Shown: positions 52,023-62,375 of the stretch, in pieces
Numbering within the stretch: the first letter of the stretch is position 1
Layout: every line of letters starts with the position of its first letter
From: Antedon mediterranea
Taxonomy: Eukaryota > Animalia > Echinodermata
NCBI RefSeq assembly: GCF_964355755.1
Contig: NC_092677.1
Location: 21,873,175-21,937,174, forward strand
Length of the DNA: 64,000 nucleotides
Direction of reading: 5' to 3'
Notes under the pieces: model-generated
Seen by the model: the letters and a program-made list of their open reading frames with translations, nothing else
What the model was told of the DNA's origin: nothing
Databases searched by the model: none
Program-made: the position numbers and the translations under genes

Positions 52023-52695
52023 CTTAACATCGTTTTTCCTAATTCATATGACGATAGGTACAGAAAAAACACAAGTTACATCAAATGCATCGACAATTAT
52101 GGAATAAGACATTGCATGTTAATAATTTTGTTAGGAAAAATTTGAGTTTTTGTAAAAGGTCAATAACCTTTTGACCTCTAGTTACGTATAACTGTTGTAT
52201 TAATTGTTTTTTTAATGTATATTAGTCGGATATATATACTCTACACATTGGTACTAAAGCTATTTAGATATGATTATAAAATAATAGATTATAGGCATAA
52301 ACGCTACCCCCTACCCCAAAATTGTTTACATTACATTTGATCAAGAATCAATTTCAATAAGAATAGTACATCATTACTTTTAAAATTCTTCTAGTTAACA
52401 TCATGTTTCCTATTTTATATATCGATAGGTACAGGAAAAACACAATTTTGATTAAAATGCATCCACAATTATGGCATACGATATTGCAGTTAATCATTTT
52501 TTTAAGGAAAAAATGATTTTTTGTAAAAGGTCAATAACCCTTTGACCTCTAGTTATATAAATAAGTGTTGTATTTTGTTTTTTTAAATTGCATTTTAGAA
52601 AGAAATATATATTCTACACATTGATATCAAGATTATTGAGATTGGATTATAAACCCACAAGTTATGGGCATAAATGTTACCCCTACCCCAAAAAT
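52023..52695. repeat. Diverged direct duplication, 2 x ~370 bp
   Basis: TTAACATC..TTTCCTA..CGATAGGTACAG.AAAAACACAA..TTTTTGTAAAAGGTCAATAACC.TTTGACCTCTAGTTA..CCCCTACCCCAAAA occurs at about 52024 and about 52395. Confidence 0.85.
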
Positions 52696-53304
52696 ATTGA
52701 CGGAATAAAATCACTATATAGTTGTTGAGATTACGTAAAAAATAATGTGTTCCAATGCTTCAATTTTCGGTGACTTTTAATATGTCATTCTAAACTACAT
52801 TTGGAATGAAAAAATGATGGGTGCAAACAGAGTCTTATTTTTTAAGACTTATGAAGAAATTCCATGTTTGCAATAGTATCTTGGTGTCAATCAGTAATTT
52901 TATCAGTTTTAACATTTCGTGCAATAGCTTGTTTGGCAATTAAATGAAACATGGAAACATTGATCATTTTATGCTATACCCTTACACACACAAATCTGGC
53001 TTGTATTTTGTATTTCAAACGATGTATTTTAAACGATGGGTTTTATCTGTATTTTACCAAATTTATGATCCTTTTTTATTCATTTTATATTTTTATATGA
53101 ATTTTTAACTTTGAGCAAACAAAAATAATTTCAAACCATGTACTATATTTTATTGTGTTTGACCATGAATGAATGAATACTGAATACTAAATAATTGAGT
53201 TAAATACTTTTATTGCAAAACCTCAAACATTGGATAGTAAAAGGTCTATGCAGATATGATAGCTAATTTGTAGACATACCAAAGTACATTTTTGTGAATT
53301 GTAG

Positions 53305-54139
53305 CAAAGAATATATATAACAAGAATGAGTATTCCGCGATTTTTGCATGAGAAATTTGTAACAGAGAGCTCCAGAGAGTGATGCCCGCCCTCATAAGGG
53401 CGGATGTATACATACTAAATAAGACTTGATTTAATAGATATTATACATGTCACATTAAATAGAATTATGATAATATATTTCGCAATTGTAAACTATTTTA
53501 TAATACATATTTATTAACAAACTAGTGTACATTCACTTTTACAGACAGTTATTTACTAACATGCTAAATTAGTTCACAAAAAAGGCCTAACACAGCAACA
53601 CCAAAATCAACAAATCGTTACTCAGCACGGCCTATTCTTTACCATTGCCGCGTACTACTCTACGCCCGGTAAATTAAGTATTGTTTTTATGATATAAATT
53701 AGTATAAAATACATGTTATTTATAGGATAAAATGTTAAATGTCATTAACATTTATTGTTTTACCAGAAACAAGTTAAATATAGGAATATTATTAAACTAT
53801 CCTTCGTGAAATCGCGTAAACACCAACACGCACGGTCACGCTATCGTAGCGCCCGGTTGATAAAGCGAACTGTTTATACGGCAGTTTTTACTAAATAAAT
53901 TGCATAAAACGAACAATTAAATATCCAAATAGCATTTAACATGATGTTGGCATGTAGTTGATAACATTTTTTATCATGAAAATACTACCGGTGGTCTAGC
54001 CTTTGATTATTGAAACCGTCACAAAAAGTTGTATACATCCCAGATACATCCACACTTATGGCGGCGCCCTACCACATGGACAATATTACTGTTACAGGGA
54101 AAATCGCGGATTACTCATTCTTGTTATATATATTCTTTG
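53305..54139. mobile_element. P-element-like MITE with 7-bp TSD
   Basis: About 40-bp TIR CAAAGAATATATATAACAAGAATGAGTA(T/A)TCCGCGATTTT, with ATTGTAG duplicated on both flanks. Confidence 0.9.
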
Positions 54140-54230
54140 ATTGTAGGTTGACTACATTTTACAGCAAGTTATTGAATAACATTATTTTGAATGTTTTTAA
54201 ATTGAGTATTTATTTTTAATTATTTACTAG

Positions 54231-54400
54231 GAGAAAAGGGTCAGAAGAACCTCCTGTAAATGAGTCTGGTGTAACATCATCAACATCACCGATAGGAACA
54301 TCACCAACTTGTAGCCCAAGTGAAGAGTCTTTATCAGAAAGACGGCAACGAATACGGCGTCGAGCACAACAGAAGCAGGAAGAGTTGGAAGCAAGAAGCA
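54231..54400 (+). CDS. FHOD3: FHOD linker exon: (R)RKGSEEPPVNESGVTSSTSPIGTSPTCSPSEESLSERRQRIRRRAQQKQEELEARS
   Basis: TATTTACTAG acceptor and GTAAGT donor, 170 nt, phase 2 to 1, open and in frame with the previous exon. Assigned by phase and composition rather than homology. Confidence 0.85.
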
Positions 54401-56780
54401 GTAAGTTTAGTCACATTTTCCTCCCCTACTTTTTTTTTAGTGGGGGGGGGGGGGGAGGGTGGAATTTTTTCCAAATTTTTATCTTTGACATATCATTTCT
54501 TTATTTAGGAATTGTTGCATAGCCTTTTGACACTACATAGATATGTTACATTGTTACAAGTTATTACAATTTGAAACTTCTGAAAGGAACTGGAAATCTA
54601 AACAAATGTACAGTGATTGGTCAGTTAAACATCAGGGTAACAACTTAGGACAAAAATAAAAGTTGTCTTTCTTCGGCAATATCATAGTGGTCCCCTGTTA
54701 TTTCACCCTTCTAAAACCTCACAAAGATGCAGTTAAAACATATTTTGTAGGAAACCCATTCACACAGGTTCATAGCCAACTCACTATTGTTCTTGTCGTT
54801 GAATCTTTACAAAATAGCATCATATAAATGTATCATTGTCAGAGTTTGTCTTTTGATGTAAACTATATTTTGTATAATAATACTGTACTAGTACCATAAA
54901 TATACTTGACATACAGGAAAACTTTAAACCTTTATACCAGTGTAGAGCCGCAAATTGTAAAACCAATGCAATGCATAGAAATCAAATCAATGCAATTGAT
55001 AACAATATGCAAAAAACCTTAAAATTCATAAAATATTTCAAAGGAAATATGCTTCAAAATATGTGTAAAGCTGCAAATTATAACTAAACTACAACTAAAA
55101 ATTGTACCACCATTGCTCATTTTACAATTTGCGTCTCTAAAAAAATATAAATAACATGCATTTATTTATTAGGAAGGTATTTTAATATCCAGGTCTAATA
55201 AAACATCAAATTAACAACTATTATTTTCTAGAATAGAGTAAGAAAATGTTTAAATTTCAGATCTTCAACAGTGAACTAATTAAAGGGCAGGACATTTTGT
55301 GTTTAGATACAGACTTACTGATGTATACATCTTTGAAGTAAATTACTTTATTCAACAACCATGTCCGATATTCAAAAGATAATGATATTAACAATTGTTA
55401 CATTTTCTTTAGGTACTGATTCTTTTATTCAGTTCATTCAGAACTTACTTATAAATAATTTTACATACTATGTCATCCTTTCCTGAATTAATTTCCAGCA
55501 GTTATGACTGGCTATTAATATTTGAAAGTTCTATATGACTATAAATTATAGTTTAATTTAATGCTTTCCTTCCTTTGCCAATGCTACAGTTTAAATTTGA
55601 AATGTGATTTCTACTAGTTGTCATTTTACATAACATATAAAGTATTACAATTTTAAGTTGTACTTTAGGCCTACCTTTTTTATCATCTGCTTCATAGTCC
55701 AGTCAATCTATGGTGTAAACTCCCAAAAGTAGACAAAATTGCAACAAAAGATTTTTTTTATTCAACTTGAAGTTAATTTTACGATAAAAAACATACAAAA
55801 AGTCTACCAAAATCGGACAACTGGAAAGTTGATAAAAAGACAATAAATCATAGAACTATTTCATTAAAATATGTTCGTATTCGGCGTAGTAATATTGTCA
55901 GAAATTGTTGTCTCTGATTGGTCGAATAAGTTTTGTGCTGTGTTATTGTTACGACGGAAAATCAGATATTCCCCAACAAGTAATGACTTTAAATCTTGTA
56001 ATCAGGTAATTTATCTTTTTTTTTTCATAATTCATAATTTTAAAAGCAACATTTAATCTTTCATTAACTATTTAAACGAATGCAGCAATGTAAATTAGTC
56101 TTAGTAGATACGTAACGAGAGATATAGCATAGGGAGCGGGGATCTACTTGCGATGTTGTTGAAAAACGTTACGTCACACTAATTTGCATGTACTGATGTA
56201 GGCCTCCTCCGCTCGTCGTGAGACGAACGGAGGTGGTGGGCCGGTGGCACCCCGTCCGTGTAGCTAAAAGAAGACCGCCGACGCGATGTAGGGAATGATA
56301 CTAAAAACTATCTTAAATTGACTGTCATTTCAGCCTACTCTGACTAGGCGTGAAAAGATAAAATTCGGATATTATTATATAGGCCTATGGCCTAACCGCT
56401 CTTCATTTTTTTAAATGAATTAGGCACAAAAAATAGGCCTACTAGGTAAGCCTAGCTAGGCTAGCCTATACTGCCTAATAAGAAAGGTCAGGTAGCCGCT
56501 ACCCGACTGGGCCATGGTCTAGATCTAATAGATTTCAGTATAGGGCCTATGCCTAGGTAGTAGGCACAGCTATGAACTAATATTAACGCCGGAATGTTTA
56601 TATAATTAATATAAGAGTAGCCAGCCTTTTTTAGTAGCTAGGCCTAGTTAATTATAACTTATGTAGTAATACTTAAATAGTATAGTACTAGTAGTGAGGC
56701 TGGGCCTCTAAGTAATACTATTTATTTTGTATCAAACCTATAGGCCTAGTATAGTTACTAGGCCTATGCGATATACATTT

Positions 56781-59606
56781 TATTTATTTATTTATTTATT
56801 CATTTCCCAACCAACAGTGAGCTCATGGTTCACCACTTACAGGAGGGAACACAGACAAACACGTACATATACAAACAAACATTAAACTAAACTACTAACA
56901 ATGTTACGAAACTTACGGAAATTATTACTAAAAATATCTAACTCAGGGTTTCTTAAAGTAAAAGAATTGTAAGTTTGACTTAATCTACTAATAAAACCAT
57001 TTTTTAAAACATTTACTCTACTAAAAGGAATATGAAAAGTAGTATTTCTTCTAAGACGACGACTAGGGACTCTAAGATAAAAATTGCTAACTAAGTTACA
57101 GTCAAATAAAGAATTAATACATTTATACAAAAAAACAAGATCAAAAAAGGTTCTACGAGACTCAGAAGATCGGACATGGAAATGAAAGTCAGGATTCTGG
57201 TTGTGGCTGATGTAGCGTAAAAAACGGTTATGCAGACGCTGAATGCGCGTAGACTGAGTTTCCGAAATAGAATTAAAAATAACAGAACAGAAGTTGAGAA
57301 TGGGATGGATAATTGAATAATAAAGGTGGATTTTGGTTTGCCTGTCAAAATGTTTACAATTACGCCACATCAGCCCAAGCAGTCTATTGCACTTGCCAAC
57401 AAGATAATCAATATGAAAGGAAAAACAAAGGGAACTATCAATAAAAACACCAAGATCTTTTTGCGATTGCACCCTATTAATGGGATTGTCATTAATTAAA
57501 TAATTATAAAATAAAATGTTCTTTTTCAAAGTAATAGTTAAAATATTGCACTTTACTGGATTGAGGGACATTCCCCATAAAGCAGCCCAATAACAAAGCT
57601 TGTCCAAATCCACCTGAAGCCTGTCAGCATCCTCAACACTACCAATAATTCTGTATAGCTTAACATCATCAGCAAACATAAGACATCTGGAGTGGGTGAA
57701 GAGTTTTGGGATATCATTGACAAAAAGATTGAAAAGGAGAGGACCAAGAATCGATCCCTGAGGGACACCGGACTGAATAGGAAGCCATTCAGAGGATATA
57801 CCCTCAATGACCACTCTCTGGAACCTACCATTAAGATAACTACGAAACCAGGAGATAAAATCATTATGAAAACCAAAACGTTGTAATTTTAATAAGAGTA
57901 AATTATGAGGAACAAGATCAAACGCCTTAGAAAAGTCAGTGTAAATAATATCACATTGCTTCCTGTCATCAATGGCTTCGTAAACTGTGGTCAACAGGGT
58001 GGCAAGGTTTGTTTCACATGACCTACCAGCTACAAAGCCATGCTGACAGGAAGCAATGGCAGGAGAAACATGAGTCGAAATATGGTTAAAAACAATTTTT
58101 TCAAACAATTTAGAAATGGTAGGCAACAGAGAGATAGGTCTATAGTTAGAAATCAATTTCTTGGTCCCCCCCTTATGAATAGGAACAATATTGGAACGTT
58201 TCCAAACGGAAGGAAATTTACCGGTTTGAAGAGATTTATTAAAGAGGAAAGAAATGGGAATAGAAAGAGGACGAGAACAAACTTTAAGAACATGGTTACT
58301 GAGATTATCACATCCAGATGCCTTATGAGTCTGAATGGATGACAGTAACGAGTTAACAATTTCAGATTGAATTATTGGAGCATTGAGAATGCCGACAGAA
58401 GCCTCAGGCAGACGTTGGTGTTCATCAGTCACAGAAGGTCCAGATCTAAAAACTGAATGAAAATAACTGTTAAATAAAGCAGCCTTATCATTAGTTGTCT
58501 CCGCGACCTTGTGCCCATGCGACATAACCGACGGATAAGAAGACGATTTAGTTTTGGTCTTTATCCACGACCAGAAGCGTTTGGGATTTGCCTTAAGATT
58601 CCCAGAGAGTGATTGCATATAACTTTTATATTTAAGTTTCATAAGGACTTTAAATTCTTTTCTGGCAACGGAAAAAGCATGTTTTGATTCATGTGTATTA
58701 AGTCGTTTAGAAATACGAAAACATTTCTCTTTGTTTTTAAGAGCGACTCTAACTTCATTATCAAACCATGGCGGCATTTTTCTTTTAGGTCTAACAATAG
58801 GCACAAGATCACGGAGAGCAGCATCAACTAAATCATAAAAAAGAGAAACACTATCGTTAATATCATTGCACATATGGATTAAATCAAAAGGTATAACATT
58901 AAAAGCATTCAAAAGATCATCATTATTTACAGCCTTGAAACAATATAGTTGTCTTGAATCCCTAGAAAAGTGTTTTTGAATAGAAATTTTAAGAACAAAT
59001 GAAATTGAAGAATGATCAGATTCAAAAATATTCTGACCAGCAGAAATATCCGAGATTAAATCAATTGAATTATTACACAAAATTAAATCTAAAACATTAT
59101 TATTGCACGTTGGATTGACATTGCACTGAAACAAATTATGTCCATTAATAAAACAGTCAATAAAAAGTTCACCCAATGAGTTAGCAGGTGCAGTTCCATA
59201 TCCATCATTGGTCCACGTGATTTCAGAAAGATTCAGATCTCCGATAAGAACAATATGATGCCTTGAATACATGGCTGATGCATCTTCAACTGATTGCGCT
59301 AGTTGCAACATGACATCTCTTCCGCTGTTGGGTGGCCTGTAAATAACAGCAACCAGCACTCGTTTTGTCTTGCTTAGCTTAATTTCAACCCAGAGGATTT
59401 CAATATTTGGTTTCTCAAGGTGCTCCAGACGTCGAGACTTATACTGATTAGAAGCTAGGAAAAGAACACCACCACCTCTTCTGCCATCGTTCCTGTCCCT
59501 TCTATGAATTGTAAAACCATCACAGTAAAGTTCGGAGTCAAGAACCGTTGAATTTAGCCAAGTCTCGGTAAATGCAACAAAGTCGAAGGTATTATTAATG
59601 AGGTGC
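56781..59606 (-). mobile_element. Young, 5'-truncated CR1-group LINE insertion
   Basis: Uninterrupted ORF2, 3' UTR of about 80 nt and (ATAA)n tail (TTTA repeats at 56778-56800). ACATTT on both flanks (56775-56780 and 59607-59612) is a possible TSD. Confidence 0.92.
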
Positions 59607-59608
59607 AC
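56882..59608 (-). CDS. LINE ORF2: APE-like endonuclease plus reverse transcriptase (908 aa, N-terminus truncated)
   Basis: EN motifs FTETWL, RRDR..GRRGGGV, IYRPPNS, GDLNL, LDLIL and SDH. RT motifs NYRPISLLPTISKLFEK, QHGF..GRSC, TDFSKAFD, SGVPQGSILGPLLFNLFVND, FADD and KDLGV. Confidence 0.95.
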   Translation of the reverse strand: MHLINNTFDFVAFTETWLNSTVLDSELYCDGFTIHRRDRNDGRRGGGVLFLASNQYKSRRLEHLEKPNIEILWVEIKLSKTKRVLVAVIYRPPNSGRDVMLQLAQSVEDASAMYSRHHIVLIGDLNLSEITWTNDGYGTAPANSLGELFIDCFINGHNLFQCNVNPTCNNNVLDLILCNNSIDLISDISAGQNIFESDHSSISFVLKISIQKHFSRDSRQLYCFKAVNNDDLLNAFNVIPFDLIHMCNDINDSVSLFYDLVDAALRDLVPIVRPKRKMPPWFDNEVRVALKNKEKCFRISKRLNTHESKHAFSVARKEFKVLMKLKYKSYMQSLSGNLKANPKRFWSWIKTKTKSSSYPSVMSHGHKVAETTNDKAALFNSYFHSVFRSGPSVTDEHQRLPEASVGILNAPIIQSEIVNSLLSSIQTHKASGCDNLSNHVLKVCSRPLSIPISFLFNKSLQTGKFPSVWKRSNIVPIHKGGTKKLISNYRPISLLPTISKLFEKIVFNHISTHVSPAIASCQHGFVAGRSCETNLATLLTTVYEAIDDRKQCDIIYTDFSKAFDLVPHNLLLLKLQRFGFHNDFISWFRSYLNGRFQRVVIEGISSEWLPIQSGVPQGSILGPLLFNLFVNDIPKLFTHSRCLMFADDVKLYRIIGSVEDADRLQVDLDKLCYWAALWGMSLNPVKCNILTITLKKNILFYNYLINDNPINRVQSQKDLGVFIDSSLCFSFHIDYLVGKCNRLLGLMWRNCKHFDRQTKIHLYYSIIHPILNFCSVIFNSISETQSTRIQRLHNRFLRYISHNQNPDFHFHVRSSESRRTFFDLVFLYKCINSLFDCNLVSNFYLRVPSRRLRRNTTFHIPFSRVNVLKNGFISRLSQTYNSFTLRNPELDIFSNNFRKFRNIVSSLV

Positions 59609-59680
59609 ATTTCTTCTGTGTAAACTACAGATTATATTCTATTAATGTATTTGTTGTGATATCTATATCATTTACCTTAG

Positions 59681-59734
59681 GCAGAGAAACAATTTATGAG
59701 AAGAGTTATAAATCTATATCAACCAGACAGAAAG
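59681..59734 (+). CDS. Candidate 54-nt exon (phase 1-1): (S)RETIYEKSYKSISTRQK
   Basis: TTTACCTTAG acceptor and AAG|GTATGT donor, open in the phase left by exon 54231-54400. It lies inside the Academ-like TIR pair, so its assignment to FHOD is uncertain. Confidence 0.45.
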
Positions 59735-59869
59735 GTATGTTTAGTTACATTTTTCTCTGCCATTATACATCATCATTTTTTTTTTCCAATTACATTTTCA
59801 TCTTCAATGAACTAAAAAAACAAATGAAAGTTTGTTTTTCACTGTATAATTTTGTTACTACTATTTTAG

Positions 59870-59930
59870 GAGCAGATAGTGTGAATACAGCGAGCATTCA
59901 AAGAGGATTGAAGCCCAATTCTGTTGTGGG
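59870..59930 (+). CDS. Candidate 61-nt exon: (G)ADSVNTASIQRGLKPNSVV(G)
   Basis: CTATTTTAG acceptor, in phase with the preceding candidate, and possible donor GG|GTCAGT. Confidence 0.35.
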
Positions 59931-60468
59931 GTCAGTAGTCCATACAAATTGCCGGAAGAAATATAAATATGCTGTACATTTTAAGATACATACATGCATG
60001 ATCAAAACAGTTCCTTGACCATGGTTTCAGTGAACTATTGGCAAGTTATTTAGTTTATTATGGTGATGTAGTGTTGACTGTTATACTTTATTATAAAGTG
60101 TATAAATAATTAATGTTTATGAATTGAATGGAGATATTAATATTTCAGAATGATTGACTTATATTTAACAGGGCAGAGAGTTTTAACTCCGGTGACTCTT
60201 TTTAATAAACAAGGTTTTATATTGATAAAATAGGCAATCTATAAATGAATGAAATATTCTCTCCACTTCACAAAAAAATACATTCATTATTATTAAACTT
60301 TTATTCAATATATGTGTAATTATTGTACTTATTACTTGAGTTCCCTGTCTCTTGTAATAAAAAATGTTTACATAAATGTACCTATACTTATTATTTGAGC
60401 CTCCCATCTCTTATGATAGTAAAGTACAAATAATGTTGAAATACATACTTGAGTTTCGAGTACCGTAA

Positions 60469-61402
60469 TTTAAAATGATATATTACATAGCCTATGTAAA
60501 TACGCGAACGTGATTGGTTGAACCTGCATCACATGACTACCGCTGCGAGGATCGTAAATTGTATATATCCTTGAGAACGATGATATTGACTGTGTAATTT
60601 TCACGTAATTATCGTGTCCCCTGTCATTAATTATATAAATTCTCGAGTACGATGATATTGACTGTGTAATTTTCGTGTGCAACACTCGCGTTTGCCGATA
60701 AATAAACAAAAGTCATCTACTGGATCTTGAACTTGCAATGCAATTGTCACTCCATCACAAGACAACGCTTCAACCGCTGCGCCACGGAACTTGGTTGAAG
60801 AAATTAATCTTCTAAACTATTTAAGCTATGCATACATAGCGCCCTCATTTGTTATCAGTCCACCCTAAATGTGATGAAACACAGTTTGTGATTGGTCAAT
60901 ACTCACGGTAGTAACCTAGTAACTAGTACGCGCTGAACATCCGGTGATTCGGCTCCTCGAAGAGAAGAAGACGAATTGTTTATTCGGCCTACCTGATTAT
61001 AATATTATTATTAATATTATTGATGGAAATTCTCCTGTTAATTTAAACGACCTAGGCCTAAGTGAATATTTTATTGCCAAGGAATCATTAATTAGTAATT
61101 ATCTGTATATTATTCTTGCTTGTTTAAATACAATACAAATACTAGGCCTACAGGAGGCCTAGCCTAGCTTCACCCAACCCAGCAGACTTGTTCTTGGCTA
61201 TATAATATAACAGATATTGCCTTTTATATCGGTTAAATATAAGATTTGACATCCTCTCGGGAATGATATTAAGTTCTCGGGGAATATATATTTCCCTCAG
61301 CTGGCGCTTCGGGAAATATATATTACCTCGAACTTAATATCATTCCCTCGGGGATGTCAAATCTTATATTTAACCTCTAAGTAGTCAATATCTGTATAAT
61401 AT
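60469..61402 (-). mobile_element. Crypton-like palindromic repeat, copy 2 (inverted relative to copy 1)
   Basis: Reverse complement of 44982-45956 over nearly the whole length. The ORF track gives matching spurious peptides (MFIYRQ...). Confidence 0.8.
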
Positions 61403-62338
61403 AGTATAGTATAATACTGGTGTATATTATTACTTACTTTTAAATTTCTCATATTTTGTGTCAGTAACGCTGTTATGAAAAGATTCAAGTAAACAAGACA
61501 TCTCATATTTTTAAGAGCTATGCATGTTATATTCAAAATCTATTCATGAGATCTTGTTGACTAGTTTGTACCTGTACTACGTATTTGAGAATGATCAGAT
61601 TTGGTTGAAAATATTAACGTTCAGACTAAATATGTGTACAAATTACAAAAAAAAAATTATAAATAACTGGCGTGGTTGAGTTTATTTACTGCTACTATAG
61701 TATTTTATATGGCTACTGGAAAAATATTTACCAGCTGCAGGATTGTTAATTTATAAGTAGTGCTCGGGTAAATGATTTTTGTGTACAATTTATGAAAACT
61801 ACAGTACTGCCATTAATAAAATGCACATTGGATGACTGAAATATTTTATACATATATAGTAGTACATGTAAATGCATGTAAAAAGAAATGATGTGTGCAA
61901 TATAATATATTTACTGGATTTATGAAAATAAATATTGAGAAATTACTTTTGTATTATTATGTAATTTGTGTTATTTGTTGTCCAATGTTGTATACAGTAC
62001 TTGTAATAGGGCTAGATCTTAAATTATACAGTATTAAAATAAAATAATCATGGGTTAATAAAATTAATTTATCTTACAATTTATTTAAGGGCTATATCCA
62101 AGGAGATACTGTAATAAAAAATATTTATTTCAGATTAATAAAATAAAATAGGAAGTACATTTAAATATATAATAAATTATATATTTAAATGTTTATAAAT
62201 TATAATTATAAATCCAAAGGCAAATTACTGAAAAAAATGACAATGCTGTGGGTATCAGTGGCTGGATCTCAATTGAGATACAAAAATAAAAAGCGAAAAG
62301 CTAAATCAAAACGATAAAGTAAACAGCCAGAAAAGTTA

Positions 62339-62375
62339 GCAGAGCTTTCGGGCAACACTAGCCCTTCATCAGTGC
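62339..62375 (-). ncRNA. Minimal type I hammerhead ribozyme (Penelope-like element associated)
   Basis: Minus strand GCA-CUGAUGA-AGGGC-UAGUGUU-GCCC-GAAA-GCUC-UGC. This has the intact core CUGAUGA/GAAA, stem II GGGC/GCCC, stem I GCA/UGC, palindromic AGCU in place of stem III, and a UC cleavage site. Confidence 0.75.

Larger units (their letters stand above)
48934..52815 (+). mobile_element. Decayed Academ-like DNA transposon with XPG/FEN1-like nuclease remnant
   Basis: Left terminus TAGTCCAGTCAATCTA, with a subterminal inverted match (AAAAGTCACCGAAAAT about 49028 vs ATTTTCGGTGACTTTT about 52763). Frameshifted coding remnants at 50135-51100 read YILDGSALLHSIPWN, ADADVL, DDTDLLVLLC, LLFAHAIL../DTTSRVFRIG, EDWGWK, VPLHTDLKPAPEYLL and GECNGIS. 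The right end is eroded. Confidence 0.75.

Noticed and set aside
57091-58827. Overlapping short ORFs within the LINE
   Set aside because: Alternative-frame and antisense shadows of ORF2 with no independent motifs.
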